Shown here one piece after another: positions 36,795-50,528 of a DNA stretch of 60,264 bases. Made by a program: the position numbers and the translations under genes. This DNA comes from Octopus bimaculoides (Eukaryota): positions 53,869,701 through 53,929,964 of the forward strand of contig NC_068996.1 of the NCBI RefSeq assembly GCF_001194135.2, given 5' to 3'. The notes under the pieces were generated by a model. It was given only the letters and a program-made list of their open reading frames with translations. It made no database searches and was not told the DNA's origin. Numbering within the stretch: the first letter of the stretch is position 1; each line of letters opens with the position of its first letter.

Positions 36795-37205
36795 AGCCTG
36801 ATCCTCCTCAACAAAGCCCTGATTTATAGTATGAAAAAATTGGATCTGTCCTATTATGAAACAGACATTAGACTTGCAGCATGGGTCATTTTAGTAGATT
36901 AGAAAAGGTCAGATAGAGAAAATGCCTTTGATATAGTGATGGGATCATCTGACTCTGCACAAGTTGCAGACTTGGTTGGAATATATATCCTTTTGTTAAT
37001 CAAGTCTTTGTCTCCAAAGATTGCTGGGGGTTATAAAGGGATGATGCTCTATTTTTCCTAGACCAAAATAGTAAAGTATAAATAGAAAGTCATAGGAAAC
37101 AATTCTTTAGACTACTTAGGAACTTCGGACTCAGCATTAGTATAGAAAAAAGATTACCATAAAGTAAACTTTCTTGACCTTACCTTCAACCTTGAGACTC
37201 AAATT
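36795..37205 (+). mobile_element. Penelope-like reverse transcriptase remnant
   Basis: ILLNKAL...AFDIVMGSSDSAQVADLVGIYIL / L*RDDAL / KVNFLDLTFNL, matching PLE RT motifs FDVTMGSxDGAExCELVG, YRDD and VNFLD; frameshifted. Confidence 0.85.
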
Positions 37206-37944
37206 CATCCTTCATGCGTGTGTGTGAGCTTGTATATACCCATTGTGCTTGTATGAGTGAGTGTACATGGGCCAAACCATGTTTGTGTAGGTGTTTGTAC
37301 AACCATATCTATTAATGATTATATCTAATACATTTTTCATTGAATTGTTTATTTGTTTATTTTTGTATCTGATATTTGTAATGGATCTCCTATAAGAATG
37401 AAGCTGTATCTCTTAATTTGCCATTTATATATATGAAGACCGAGAAGAAATATTGCAAAACACAGTAAATTTTAACAAGATACATCTTGAAATTATCTGA
37501 GGAGGCATATCTACACCGACGGGTACACACAAACTAGTTGTATAGTAGTATCCCACACAAGAAGGATCAATGCTAGATGGGTCAAAACAAATTTAGTGAT
37601 CAATAAACATTCTCTTACCTTCCATCTTCCATCTCTCTCATTAATCAAATACCCAATGAACACTGAGACAGTGAATGTGCTTCATTGGCAAACTATCAGG
37701 TCTATACCATACAATTTATTAGCTAAAATAATATATATATATATGACAGTTTAGTTAGGTGTAAATACACATAAGGGATATTAAATATCCGAAAAATTTA
37801 CTGGTTTATATGACCTATATCAACAACAATGTTATTCCAATAGGTAAACAAAATATACATACAGTTTCTTAATATATAAATCAGAAATGGAAAAACAAAA
37901 CAAAACAAATTGAATTGCTTAATTTATTGCTTTGTTTTGTTCTT

Positions 37945-37989
<45 letters not shown>

Positions 37990-38491
37990 NNNNNNNNNNN
38001 NNNNNNNNNNNNNNNNNNNNNNNNNNNNNNNNNNNNNNNNNNNNNNNNNNNNNNNNNNNNNNNNNNNNNNNNNNNNNNNNNNNNNNNNNNNNNNNNNNNN
38101 NNNNNNNNNNNNNNNNNNNNNNNNNNNNNNNNNNNNNNNNNNNNNNNNNNNNNNNNNNNNNNNNNNNNNNNNNNNNNNNNNNNNNNNNNNNNNNNNNNNN
38201 NNNNNNNNNNNNNNNNNNNNNNNNNNNNNNNNNNNNNNNNNNNNNNNNNNNNNNNNNNNNNNNNNNNNNNNNNNNNNNNNNNNNNNNNNNNNNNNNNNNN
38301 NNNNNNNNNNNNNNNNNNNNNNNNNNNNNNNNNNNNNNNNNNNNNNNNNNNNNNNNNNNNNNNNNNNNNNNNNNNNNNNNNNNNNNNNNNNNNNNNNNNN
38401 NNNNNNNNNNNNNNNNNNNNNNNNNNNNNNNNNNNNNNNNNNNNNNNNNNNNNNNNNNNNNNNNNNNNNNNNNNNNNNNNNNNNNNNNNNN

Positions 38492-38540
<49 letters not shown>

Positions 38541-39276
38541 TATGATGGGCTTCTTTCATGTTCTGTCTACAAAATCCACTGACAATGCTTTGGTTGGCCT
38601 GAGGCTATAGTAAAAGATACTTGCCCAAAGTGCCACTCTGTGGGACTGAAGTTGGAACCATGTGGTTGAGAAACAAGCTTCTTACCACACAACCATACCT
38701 GTGCTGTCATGAACAAAGTGTACTCATGAGTCAATTCAATATTGTCTGAATTTAAGATTCATTTTTATACTTTAGTGTGCCATTTCATTGTTTTTTAAGA
38801 ATTGAAACATTTTGACATGAATGTAGAAACAAATATTTTTTTATCACAGGGATATGAAGCCATAAAATTTTAGAGAAGGCATATAGTTGATGGATCAAAC
38901 CCAAATTATATCTGATGCTTATTTTATGAAACCTACTGAAATACAAATTTGACCCAAGTGAATGTGAACATAGAATGTAGAACAATGAAACAAATTATTG
39001 CTTGTCACTCATTGTGGTATGACACAGTTTCTGCTGCTATCTTTAGATGACTGATTATTTTTATAAGCTTTAAAAATTAATTATTGTGTAAATAAAATGT
39101 CATCCTACTATCATCTTTCCATTACTATCCTCCATTCAATATCATCAGCCATTGAACAATTAAATTCTAACAAACTTTTATTTAGAATTTTATTTCAATG
39201 ACATATTTGAGTATGTTGCATTCAAGATTGGAACTTGGAAATTCTGTACTCTCATTTCAATATTTTAATTTTTCAG

Positions 39277-39384
39277 CTATTTCTGAAAGTCAAAACTATT
39301 TGGTATTTATAAGAGGAAAAAGCATATTGAAGATGCCTTACTCTCACTCAAGAGACAGAGGAAAGAGGATTTCAAGTATACCTG
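39277..39384 (+). CDS. NID: Nidogen exon: start of G3 propeller (TISESQNYLVFIRGKSILKMPY...ISSIP)
   Basis: tttcag|CT...CCTG|gtaaga, 108 nt; resembles the NID1 THLLFAQTGKIERLP strand. Confidence 0.88.
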
Positions 39385-39666
39385 GTAAGATTTTTTTAAC
39401 TTTCTGCTGCTGGAATAATGAATACAATGTCATAATTTAAACCTGAGTACAACCTCATCAAACTTTTCTATAGTGAATTTATTTTACTTTTGGATACTTG
39501 TGATAGTGTCTTATTTCCAGGAAGGGTAATTTCTCAGATGCTGCCAACCGTTTATGAGTTCCAGTGAACTCATAACATTTATGTAACATGAGTTGATAAG
39601 AGCTGTATGCATCCAGAGTGTACAGTAGGATTTCCATACCCATGTGCATGTACATATATATACAAA

Positions 39667-39697
<31 letters not shown>

Positions 39698-40319
39698 NNN
39701 NNNNNNNNNNNNNNNNNNNNNNNNNNNNNNNNNNNNNNNNNNNNNNNNNNNNNNNNNNNNNNNNNNNNNNNNNNNNNNNNNNNNNNNNNTATGTATATTA
39801 CAGTAATAAAGTTAATGAATAAAACATTAACTTTAAGATTCAAGTTGGGAATTTTATCGTTGACTCAACTATAAGTCGCAGCGACTTTTTTGATGTTCGA
39901 GAGCAAAGTTCAACTAGGAATCATGCCGACCTTTCAGTAAGCTGGAGATGACTTACAACAAGTGTTATCCCATTAAGTCCATGCATTATCCTTATTTGGT
40001 TATTCCAAGTGTCAGAACTTCAGATGTTGTTTCTACCTAGAAAATAACTGAAGATCTTTTTATAGGATGCACTTATAAGTACCAGTTGAACACTTGGGTC
40101 AATGTAATCGACTCATCCCCACTCCTTCAAGCTTCCCTTGTGGCAAAAATTTGAAATGATAATAATAATAGTTATTATAATTATTATTATTATTATTATT
40201 ATAATTATAATAATAATAATAATTGCCATTATTATTATTCTGATTAATAGTAGAGGAGTTATGTATTACTATCTTATGTTATATTCCATATTAACAATAT
40301 TTATTTGTTCATTTACCAG

Positions 40320-40442
40320 ATCAAACCCCCATTGCATTGGCCTATGACTGTGTTGAGAAACAAATATATTACAGTGACATTGAAAGCTATACAATCAGAA
40401 AAATGGATACAACTGGAAACTATTCAGGAATTGTTGTTGAAA
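40320..40442 (+). CDS. NID: Nidogen exon: G3 (DQTPIALAYDCVEKQIYYSDIES...GIVVE)
   Basis: taccag|AT...GAAA|gtaaga, 123 nt; LAxDCVxK is nidogen-typical. Confidence 0.94.
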
Positions 40443-40728
40443 GTAAGAAGCAACTATTTTGATATCTTTATTTAGTTTTTCAGACATGATTATGAATGTG
40501 ATTCAGAAGGTTGCATTACAGCTGTACATTTCCAGATTTACTCTTACTGCATGGTGACATATATATATATGGTATCTTGGGAGATTTTTTTCTTCTGTAG
40601 CCTCAGGTTGCTGAATATCTTGTGAATCAAACTTGATGGATAGAAAATGTTCAGAAATCACTTATTGTTGTCATTGTTGTTGAGTGTATATGTGTGTGCT
40701 TATGTATAATATATATATATATATATAT

Positions 40729-40811
<83 letters not shown>

Positions 40812-40842
40812 CATACCTACATACATACACACNNNNNNNNNN

Positions 40843-40893
<51 letters not shown>

Positions 40894-40894
40894 G

Positions 40895-41301
40895 AAGAAG
40901 AAAACAGAAAATGGAGATAATATTGATGAACAACAAATGATTTACATGAATTATTATTTATTAATTAATTACAAAATGACTACATCTCATCTAACAGCTG
41001 TTTCTGCTTCCAATGTCGTTTGGTATCACCATTGTTATGCTGAGTGCCTACTAAATAAATACATAAATAAATTTATTTATGTATTTATTTTACACTCTGA
41101 TGAAGCTCCATGTTTCAAATTGGTTTTATTACCAACTATGATAAACATCTTTTAGCATAACGATGATGATACCAAACAACATTGGAAGCAGAAACAGCTG
41201 TTAGATGTGATGCAGTCTTTTTTGTAATTAATTAATAAATAATTATTGATGCAAACCAATTGTTGTTCATCAATGTTATCTCCAATTTCTGTTTTCTTCT
41301 T
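40895..41301. repeat. 150-bp inverted repeat with an internal perfect 38-bp palindrome
   Basis: 40895-41043 is the reverse complement of 41152-41301; aaataaatacataaataaa|tttatttatgtatttattt at 41053-41090. Confidence 0.9.
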
Positions 41302-43622
41302 TAAATTTTGATTCCTGATAAACTCCTGTTTATCCTTGTCTTTACCTGTAATTTATGAGCATAACATTTTTGCCCATGTTTAAACATAGGTAATATAACA
41401 GTAGTATAATGGATACTCTTTATCCCTTAAATGGTTATTTTAACCTCTAACTCAGTTAACCATATATATATATATATATATATATCAAAGACCCCCTTTG
41501 ATCATGAATGACCATGGGATTGCACCTAGAAAATTTCCCTCTGATGTACAAGTCCGTGCAAAGTTGTTTTCATGGAAGACCAGCAGTCGCCCATGCATAT
41601 CAGCCTCCCCTCTCCATACCACTGATCTTATCCAAGGGAAAGGCAAAGGCTGATACAACTTGACACCAGTGATGTTGGAAATTAGCGAAATAAATATAAG
41701 ATTGAAATTAGTGCCAAGGTCAGCAGACTTGACAAAACCTTGAAATCAGTGTTGCAGCATGGCCACTGTCCCAAGACTGACCCTTAACAAAGAATAAAAT
41801 GTAATCAAACAGTTGAAGTATTTCCCTATTTCTGCCCCTACCTCCCCTGCTCACACTGCAATCCTTCATCTGGCACAAAGTCATCTCTCTCGATACTACT
41901 CCCATTTATTTGAGGTGACCTTACTGCTATTAATACCACATAAAAATCACCCAGTACGCTCTGTTAAGTGGTTGATCCTGGCATAGAAACCACACCAAAG
42001 AAGACGATGCAGTCTGGTGAAATTATCTGACTTTCCAGCTCTATCAAACCATCCAACCCTTGCCAGCATGATAAATGGACGTTAGATGATGACGTTGATG
42101 ATGACAAATGCAGCTAACAAGCAGTTGACCATCCCTACTTCATAATCAACCCTAAGCTCTTGGTTCATGCCATCCTGCTCAGAACTCTACAATCCACTTT
42201 CTGTTTCTATTTCCAAAAAGGCATCAACCTGCAAACGTCATGTAAGCTGTCTCTGCTCTAATTACTAAAAAAACAAAACAGATATATATATATATANNNN
42301 NNNNNNNNNNNNNNNNNNNNNNNNNNNNNNNNNNNNNNNNNNNNNNNNNNNNNNNNNNNNNNNNNNNNNNNNNNNNNNNNNNNNNNNNNNNNNNNNNNNN
42401 NNNNNNNNNNNNNNNNNNNNNNNNNNNNNNNNNNNNNNNNNNNNNNNNNNNNNNNNNNNNNNNNNNNNNNNNNNNNNNNNNNNNNNNNNNNNNNNNNNNN
42501 NNNNNNNNNNNNNNNNNNNNNNNNNNNNNNNNNNNNNNNNNNNNNNNNNNNNNNNNNNNNNNNNNNNNNNNNNNNNNNNNNNNNNNNNNNNNNNNNNNNN
42601 NNNNNNNNNNNNNNNNNNNNNNNNNNNNNNNNNNNNNNNNNNNNNNNNNNNNNNNNNNNNNNNNNNNNNNNNNNNNNNNNNNNNNNNNNNNNNNNNNATG
42701 TTACCATCATCATCATTTAATGTCCATTTTCCATGCTGGCATGGGTTCGATGGTTTGACTGAGGACTGGCAAGCCAGAATGCAGTACTGGACTCCAATCT
42801 GATCTGGCAAAGATTCTACAACTGGACGCCCTTCCTAATGCCAACCACTCTGAGAGTGTAGGAATATGAATCGACTCTTGTGTTTTACTGGTATTTTACT
42901 GACCCTGGAAGAGTGAAAAGCAAAGTTGATTTGGGTGGGATTTGAAACCAGAAAGTAATGAATAAGTCCATATATAAACATTGCCCTCTTATAATATGAA
43001 GTTGTTTATCTGAGTTTTCCTTTTCTGATTATTATCTGGGCATTATTAATGTCATTATCAAAATTAATAATGTTTTTTTCCTCATTATCAATAGGCAAAA
43101 TTCCTAGCCTCTAAAAGTACATATATATATATATATATATACATATACATGATACAAAGTAGATATTGCCACATACAATCTAGTAAAATTTTGTGTGCTA
43201 ATGGCAAAAGCATGGAATAACAGTCACCTGGCTTAGAAATATTTGTAGATTTATCAAATGCATGTAGTTGTTTGATTAAATTTGAGGTTTTCACTGCAGT
43301 TTATGTTAAAGAACAATCAAAATAAAATATCAATCGGATTTGCATAAAATTTGTTTTAAGTTATAAGTGTATGAGTATACTCTGTTTGTAAGGCAGTTGC
43401 TATTCTCTTTGTGTAAAGTTATATATCAAGTTCTTTTCAATAATTTGTAAATTAGCATGTAAATATTTGTATTGAATATATGAGCTTTAATACCTGTTTA
43501 GGAATTTAAAAAATTGTAAAACTAAAGATAATTTATGATGGATTTTATTAGTTTAAACACAGCAAACACTGATAATATTTTGACTTTAGTTCAATATTGG
43601 AAATAATACTTTATCATTTTAG

Positions 43623-43791
43623 ATGTGAAATCTGAAGGCATTGCCATTGACTGGATATCAAGGAATATGTACTGGACTGATTCCAGGAAAAAGAGTGTGG
43701 AAGTAACTAAATTAGATGGTACTCACAGGAAAACTCTCTTTAACACAAAAATAAGCAACCCAAGAGGAATTGTTGTGGATCCAATCCGAGG
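43623..43791 (+). CDS. NID: Nidogen exon: G3 ([21 protein letters not shown]...[12 protein letters not shown])
   Basis: ttttag|AT...GAGG|gtgagt, 169 nt, phase 1-2; YWTD/LDLR-B repeat. Confidence 0.96.
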
Positions 43792-43841
43792 GTGAGTCTT
43801 TTCTGCTTTTTTTTTTTTTCAGTTGTTATGTAGGTCGCTTG

Positions 43842-44656
43842 AATGTTTTTTCACATGTCACTGGCACAAGTACCAGTAAGGTGATGCTAGTAACGATCAC
43901 GCTCAAATGGTGCTTTTTATGTGCCACTGGCATGGAAGTCAGACAGCTGTTCTGGCAATGATCACACTCGTATGGTGCTGATAGTGCTCCACTGGCACGG
44001 GTTCCAGTCATCGAATTTGGTTCAATTTTGAATACACTTGCCCCAACAGGTCTTTGCAAGCAGAGTTTAGTGTCCAATGAAGGAACGTTGGTATGAGTGC
44101 CAGTCATCAAATTTGGATCAATTTCAATTTCACTTGCCTGAACAGGTATTCGCAAGCCAAGTTTAGTGTCCAATGAAGGAAAGGTACACATAAGTGGGCT
44201 AACTACACCCCTGGTAAAGGCCACGGGTTATGGTCTCACTTGTCTTGCCGGGTCTTCTCACACAGCATATTTCCAAAGGTCTCAGTCACAAGTCATTGCC
44301 TCGGTGGGGTCGTGGGGTCTAATGTTAGAAGGTCGTGCTTCCCCACCTCATCCCATGTCTTCCTGGGTCTACCTCTTCCACAGGTTCCCTCAACCGCTAG
44401 GGTGTGGCACTTTTTCACACAGCTATCCTCATCCATTCTCGCCAAGTGACCATACCAGTGCAATCGTCTCTCTTGCACACCACAACTGATGCTTCTTATG
44501 TTCAGCTTTTCTCTCAAGGTACTTACACTCTGTCGAGTATGCACACTGACATTACACATCCATCGGAGCATACTGGCTTCATTTCTTTCAAGCCTACGCA
44601 TGTCCTCAGTAGTCACGGCCCATGTTTCACTGCCATGTAGCATGGCTGTTCGTACA
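43842..44656 (-). mobile_element. RTE LINE internal/3' fragment
   Basis: MLHGSETWAVTTEDMRRLERNEASMLRWMC...RRLHWYGHLARM...GRGRPRKTWDE, the RTE C-terminus. Confidence 0.93.
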
Positions 44657-44834
44657 CTGCACTGTTGTTATTTAGCCCCAAATGACTGAGCATTGACCAG
44701 AGGTATTCCAGCCATGGCCAATCCTTCAAACATACCTAGGATTAAATTATCCGATGTATCCCAGAGTTTTTTAGAAAGACGGTAAGCTGTGTTTAGAAGG
44801 TGAATTAGTTGCTATTTCTAGCAGAGATATTGTG

Positions 44835-45720
44835 CTAAGAATTGGTTTCAGTTTTTATCAGGTTAGCTATTTCTTTTACGTAACTGTGGTTGAATTTTTT
44901 CATGTTGCCATGTTGGATGTTGTATTGCACATTTGACATACGATATAACAGGATAATAATAATAATAATAATAATGATGCCCTTGCAAATCGTTCTACTC
45001 AAGATATTGGTAATAACCCTTGACAATATACAACTCTCGGCTTTACTCTGATGAAGGCTCTCTGTGTATGTCCATTTATATTGTGGCACAGTCCATTAGG
45101 AGCCAACCAATAGGGGTGTTCTACTTCCACACAACAGATGTATATTCTGGACTTATCTTGAATTATATTATTGAAAAATCCAAGTCTTGAATTTGTTCCC
45201 TGCTCATCCACTATGCTCTTTTGGAGTTTGAGAAAATATTCTTGCTTTGTTTTGTGATATGATTGTGATGATGATGATGATGATATACATGTGACATGAG
45301 AAAAGTAGGGGATTGTTTGCCATGTGATTTTGATAGATTTGTGAGCAGAACAGGAATTAATGATTGGGAATAAGGTGTAGTTTGGTGAAATATGTGGATG
45401 TGTTGGTATGCATTATTTAGGATAGAAAGGGAGGGACTAGGTTGCGATTTATTGCATCACCTCTTGTCTGTTTCCTGTTTTCTTTTCTTTTTTTTTTTGG
45501 CATATTTGGATGGTGTTTGGAAAGGTGTTATTTTTTTGTAACTGGAGTTTGTGAGCTGCTGGAAAAATTGGTGGGGGTTGGGGTACATAATTATCGTATT
45601 GATGTATTTTTATGTTGTTAGTTTTCATTTTGCATGCTTGTATATTTGGTATATTGTAGTGTCCTATGAATAATTGAGTGTTGTTTGTGGTACGTGTGCA
45701 CTGGCTGTGTGATTTCATAT
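44835..45720 (-). mobile_element. Highly decayed Penelope-like remnant (post-RT linker to GIY-YIG)
   Basis: The minus frame NRNLVPPFLS*IMHTNTSTYFTKL...LFSC resembles PLE RNIIWFNPPFS..V.TNIG..FLKL...SYSC; weak downstream similarity. Confidence 0.5.
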
Positions 45721-46080
45721 GTTACGAGGCCACCACTAGTTTGATCTGCTTGATGTTTACTATGAGGCCTTCTCATAGGTTTGGCCTGGCATGATTTATT
45801 ATGAATCTTCCTCTCTATTTTGGTCTGTTCTGTCTTTATATATATATTAGGAGTCCTTCTCTTTTGATCTGTTCTGTCTTCATATGTTATAAGGCCTTCA
45901 TTCTTGTTTGTTTCATCCGTTCCTCATTATGTATGTTATGATGCTTTTTAGTCTCGTCTTGACCTGTCCTGCCTTGTCTGAGTATATTTAGGGATTTAAA
46001 GAATTTTTGTTTGTTGTTACAAAAATGTTTGAACTAACTTCACATGAATGTCATGTGAAATGATAGCATTTTTAGTCTTT

Positions 46081-46309
46081 TTAACCCTTTAGCATTCAGA
46101 TTACTCTGCCAAATGTTGTACTTATTTATTCACATTGTTTCGAATTAATCATATATTATCTTGTAGCTTTGTGAAGTCGATGATGTGATTGTTTATTTTT
46201 CAGAATGACATTGTAGGATATGCATGAGAAGCCAGATTTGGCCAGTTTGAACAAAGAACAGATAGAATATTTGGACTGGATATGGCCAGTTTAAATGCTA
46301 AAAGGTTAA
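46081..46309. mobile_element. piggyBac-type MITE, second family
   Basis: TTAA-CCCTTTTAGCATT ... AATGCTAAAAGG-TTAA. Confidence 0.75.
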
Positions 46310-46583
46310 AGGTGTTTTATAGGCCATTTGTGTTGTAGTGCATTGTGTAAAAAAGGTTCATGCTGTGTTTGTAAATATCACTTCAGTATGTTAGAGGATG
46401 TCATTCTGTGTGGATTAGACATTGAAAAGTAAACCACAAAATGGAAAATATAAACATAATAGGATAAAGGAGTAGGAGATGTATTTTTATGTTGTTTTGG
46501 TGGAGTGTGTCTTTTGAATGTTTTTTGAATTATAGAAGAATGCATGTAGTGCATTGTCTAAATTAATGATTATGGTAGGTCAC

Positions 46584-47220
46584 TTCATCATCATCATCAT
46601 CATCATCATACGTCCGTTTTCCATGCTGGCATGGGTTGGACGGTTTGACTGAGGACTGTTAAGTCAGAAGGCTGCACCAGGCTCCAATCTGATTTGGCAG
46701 TGTTTCTACAGCTGGATGCCCTTCCTAATGCCAACCACTCTGAGAGTGTAGTGGGTGCTTTTACGTGCCACCGACNNNNNNNNNNGCAGTGTTTCTACAG
46801 CTGGATGCCCTTCCTAATGCCAACCACTCTGAGAGTGTAGTGGGTGCTTTTACGTGCCACCGACATGGGAGCCAGTCAGGTGGCACTGGCATCGGCTACG
46901 TTCAGATGGTGTTTTTTACATGCTACTGGCACAGGAGCCAGTCAGGGTGGGGGTGGTTGGCATTGACCACATTCGGATGGTGCTTGTTATGTGCCACTTG
47001 CACAGGGAGCCAGTCAGGTGGCACTGGCACCGACTCACGCGTGAATGGTGCTTATTGCGTGTCACCAGCACAGGAGCCAGTCAGATGGCACTGGCATTGG
47101 CCACAACTACAATTTCCAATTTTGATTTTGATTTTGATTTTACTTGACTCAATAGGTCTCCTCAAGCACAGAGAGTTGCCCAACGATTCAAAAGTACTTT
47201 TTAAACGGGTTGGTCATGTG
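46584..47220 (-). mobile_element. RTE 3'UTR-only copy with (GAT)n tail
   Basis: catcatcat...cgtccgttttccatgctggcatgggttggacgg end. Further short RTE 3' ends at about 1095-1170(+), 11085-11280, 13200-13340, 20485-20575, 27465-27640, 41990-42110(+), 42700-42860 and 58490-58545(+). Confidence 0.9.
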
Positions 47221-47346
47221 GAACTTCAGTGCCTATATTAGTAATAATGGCGTTTTTGAATATTGGAAACCTTGATTTTTTATATTTTGACAGTCCACTA
47301 GTTGCTCTTGAAATGTTTTGTAAAAGTATTTTTCCTTTATTCATTG

Positions 47347-47378
<32 letters not shown>

Positions 47379-47851
47379 TGCATTGATAACAGGTATGAGG
47401 TAAGAGAAAACTGTGGATTGTTTGATGTATGACACTAATAACATGAGTAGAGAAATTACAAGCTTCCATAGATCATTGTTAATTTTTAAATGGCTATAAA
47501 CCATTTACATCATGTGACCATATCAATGCTGCCATCTCTTTAACATACATTAAAGGATGGTGCCTTTAATGCTCAAGTACTATTCAAACTTCCTTTGTCT
47601 TCAGTCTTTTATGTTAGTTAATGTCACTCACTTAATGGTTCATCAATATAAACATCATCATTATCATGAACAGCATTTTAACCTGCATATTTTCCATGCT
47701 GGCATGACTTGGATAACTTTGTCATTTATCATCTGTGAGAGCCAGCACACTGAAATTTGACCTCGCAACTACTCATAACTTGCTTGGTCTTCTTCAGTCA
47801 CACACACACACACACACACACATATAAACATACTCACACACACACACACAT

Positions 47852-47892
<41 letters not shown>

Positions 47893-49324
47893 TATTTAAT
47901 TTCTCTTTCCTGTTTTCTTCCTGTTTTTCTTCTCTTCTTCCTGTTCCTCTCATCTTACCTTTTCCAGGTAGGTTTACAGTTTCATATTTGCTTGCTGTCC
48001 ATGTTGTTTTGACCCATATTATCAATGGCCGAGCACATGTACAATAAAAAGTGTTCCAGGTGTGACCATCCAGTCTATTTTTATATATCTAAAGCCACTT
48101 TGTTTAATGTATCCTCCCATTTTTTTTTTAAGACAGAAGGGTGTGATTCAAGAAAAACTTGGTTCCTGACCATTATCTGTCAAATAACTATAAAAAGGCT
48201 TCCTTGTTGACTCAGCTTACTGCACTATATAAAATTAGAGAAAAGTTGCAATTTTTTTAAAACATCATCATCATTATTTTTGTCACCACCATTATTGTCA
48301 TCATCATCATCACATTCACTTTCCATGCTTTGAGATGAATGCCCGAATTGTTTTCATCAAAGCCTAAACTTCATAACAGTTTCATACTATACAATCATTT
48401 GGGACGCCGGTCTATCACAGGTGAGCTGCTAGATGCAGGAGGAAAGAGTGAGGGAAAGTAGTGGTGAAAGAGTCAGCAAAAGTTTGCCATTACCTTCTGC
48501 AGGGCTGTGTGGAGCTCAGGTGTTTTGCTCATAAACACACACACCACCTGGTCTGAGATTCGAACCTACGATCCCTCAATTGCAAGTCCGCTGCCCTAAC
48601 CACTAGGCCATGTGCCTCCACTTAAAAGCACTAGAGTTATTTAAATCCTCAGTGACCCTCTCATTTGCTACTACTACTGAACCCCAGATTTTATGTATTA
48701 CTTATTAGTCGGAGTGGTATCCTCATTTTTATTGTTGCTTACACTATGTTTTGGGTGTGTACACTCCAGTCTTCTTCAAGTATCTTGTGATTCACCATAG
48801 TGCCTGGCTGGGATTGAACTCAGAACCTAGGTGACTGCACTGCATTAACTCACATCTTTATCCACTATGCTATAGAATTGTAAAATTTTTCAAATATTTC
48901 TGAATTTGTCTTCCAATATTTCTTGATGTTTGTTGTTGAAAACCATCGACATCTTCATATATTTTTTTGATGTATGACATTAGATGACAAAATGGGTGAT
49001 AAAAGTCTGTGTGGTATGTGAAAAATCTCTTTTGTTTGCTGCAAAACAGAATGTGTCATTTGAGACCAAAGTAGTTGTCAGGCCATTTCTGGTGTTACAT
49101 GGAAAGAATAAGCACAAGAATAAAAGAAGAATGGTGTTAATGGTAATAGCAACAGCAACAATGACAGTAAGAACAATCTTAGTAAAAAATCTTTTAGTTT
49201 TTCTCAAGTTCGTCATTGCTTATCAATCGCCCACTTTTCTCCGAACAGTGTTTTGCCACTTTGTGTATGTGTAAGTAAATATAAATAAACTATTACTTAT
49301 TCTGTGTACATTTTTCTCTTTCAG

Positions 49325-49482
49325 GATTTTGTATTGGGTAGATTGGATGCATGATAACCCAAGAATTGAAAAAGCTAATATGGATGGCTCTGATAGACAA
49401 CTATTTGTTCATGATGATCTAAAATTACCAAATGCCATTACTTTAGATCTTCTTACCAACCAGTTATGCTGGGGAGATAAAG
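49325..49482 (+). CDS. NID: Nidogen exon: G3 (ILYWVDWMHDNPRIEKANMDGSDR...LPNAITLDLLTNQLCWGDK)
   Basis: tttcag|G...AAAG|gtaggt, 158 nt, phase 2-1. Confidence 0.96.
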
Positions 49483-50528
49483 GTAGGTTCTTTTAAAACC
49501 ACATTGTTCATTTCCCTCTGATTGGGTCAACAATCAGAGGAAATATAAATGAATTAATATATGAAAAGATATCAGACACCAGAGCAGTAAACTGGTACAC
49601 TCTGTTGCTTGCGACAATGAGGGTTCCAGCTGATCTGATCAACCGGAACAACTTGCTTGTGAGATAAACATGCAAGTGGCTGAGTACTCCACAGACACAT
49701 GTACCCTTATCGTTGTTCTCAGGGAGATTCAGCGTGACACAGTGTGACAAGGCTGACCCCTTTAAATACAGGTACTGCTTATTTTTGCCAGCTGAGTGGA
49801 CTGGAGCCATGTGAAATAAAGTGTCTTGCTCAAGGACACAATGCATCACCAGGAATTGAACTCTCAACCCTATGATTTCAAGCCAAATGCAGAAATGCAG
49901 CTGAGATTCCATAAAGAAAAAACTAAATGAAATTAAATTCAAATCTAATATTTGAAATTCCTAAATCTGTTATGATTCAAAGAACATGCAAGTTTTGCAA
50001 TTTCAAGAATTTCATCAATTGTTTCCATTGACATGATCATTGTCAGGAAAGGGCTAAAGTTTTGGAAATCAACCAATTTTTTTTCATGTCTCTCCACATA
50101 AAATTGTTGACTGAAACTATACAAGACAAACCATATAAATGCTAGTCAGCATATATCATGGAGAATATTTTTTTTAGCTATCAGTATTACTCCATGCCAT
50201 ACTTACACTATTTAGCTGATGCCTTATATAATGGAATTTGTTGAACGTTCATCATTAAGGTCATTTGTTTAAAGTACCATTGAAGTACCATAGTCACAAC
50301 TGTGTTTCTGTTTGTATATTTATCTATTAATTGTGTGCCAAAATGTATTAATTTGTAAACTCTTGTCATTCATCTGTTGCTTCAAATTTTAACCATTCAA
50401 ATATCCCTGATTAATACAAGAGTGATCATTAAACATTTTTATATAGATGCATAATTATAAAATATAAAATTAAAATATATCATTCATTCTACTTCATTAG
50501 AATGTCACATTTACCTATTTTATTTTAG

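Noticed and set aside
37500-37530. IYTDG as an RNase H motif
   Set aside because: A five-residue match with no supporting downstream motifs.
37881-38610. IY-repeat ORFs spanning gaps (also 1116-1583, 39511-39874, 42258-42810, 32940-33380)
   Set aside because: Artefacts of (TA)n or (GA)n repeats and N runs.
45048-45060. CTGATGAAGGC as another hammerhead (also CTGATGA at 13244 and 41098)
   Set aside because: No closing stem II or downstream GAAA, and no stem I.
46697-46864. Identical 79-bp direct duplication
   Set aside because: The copies flank a 10-N gap, so this is most likely an unmerged contig overlap.
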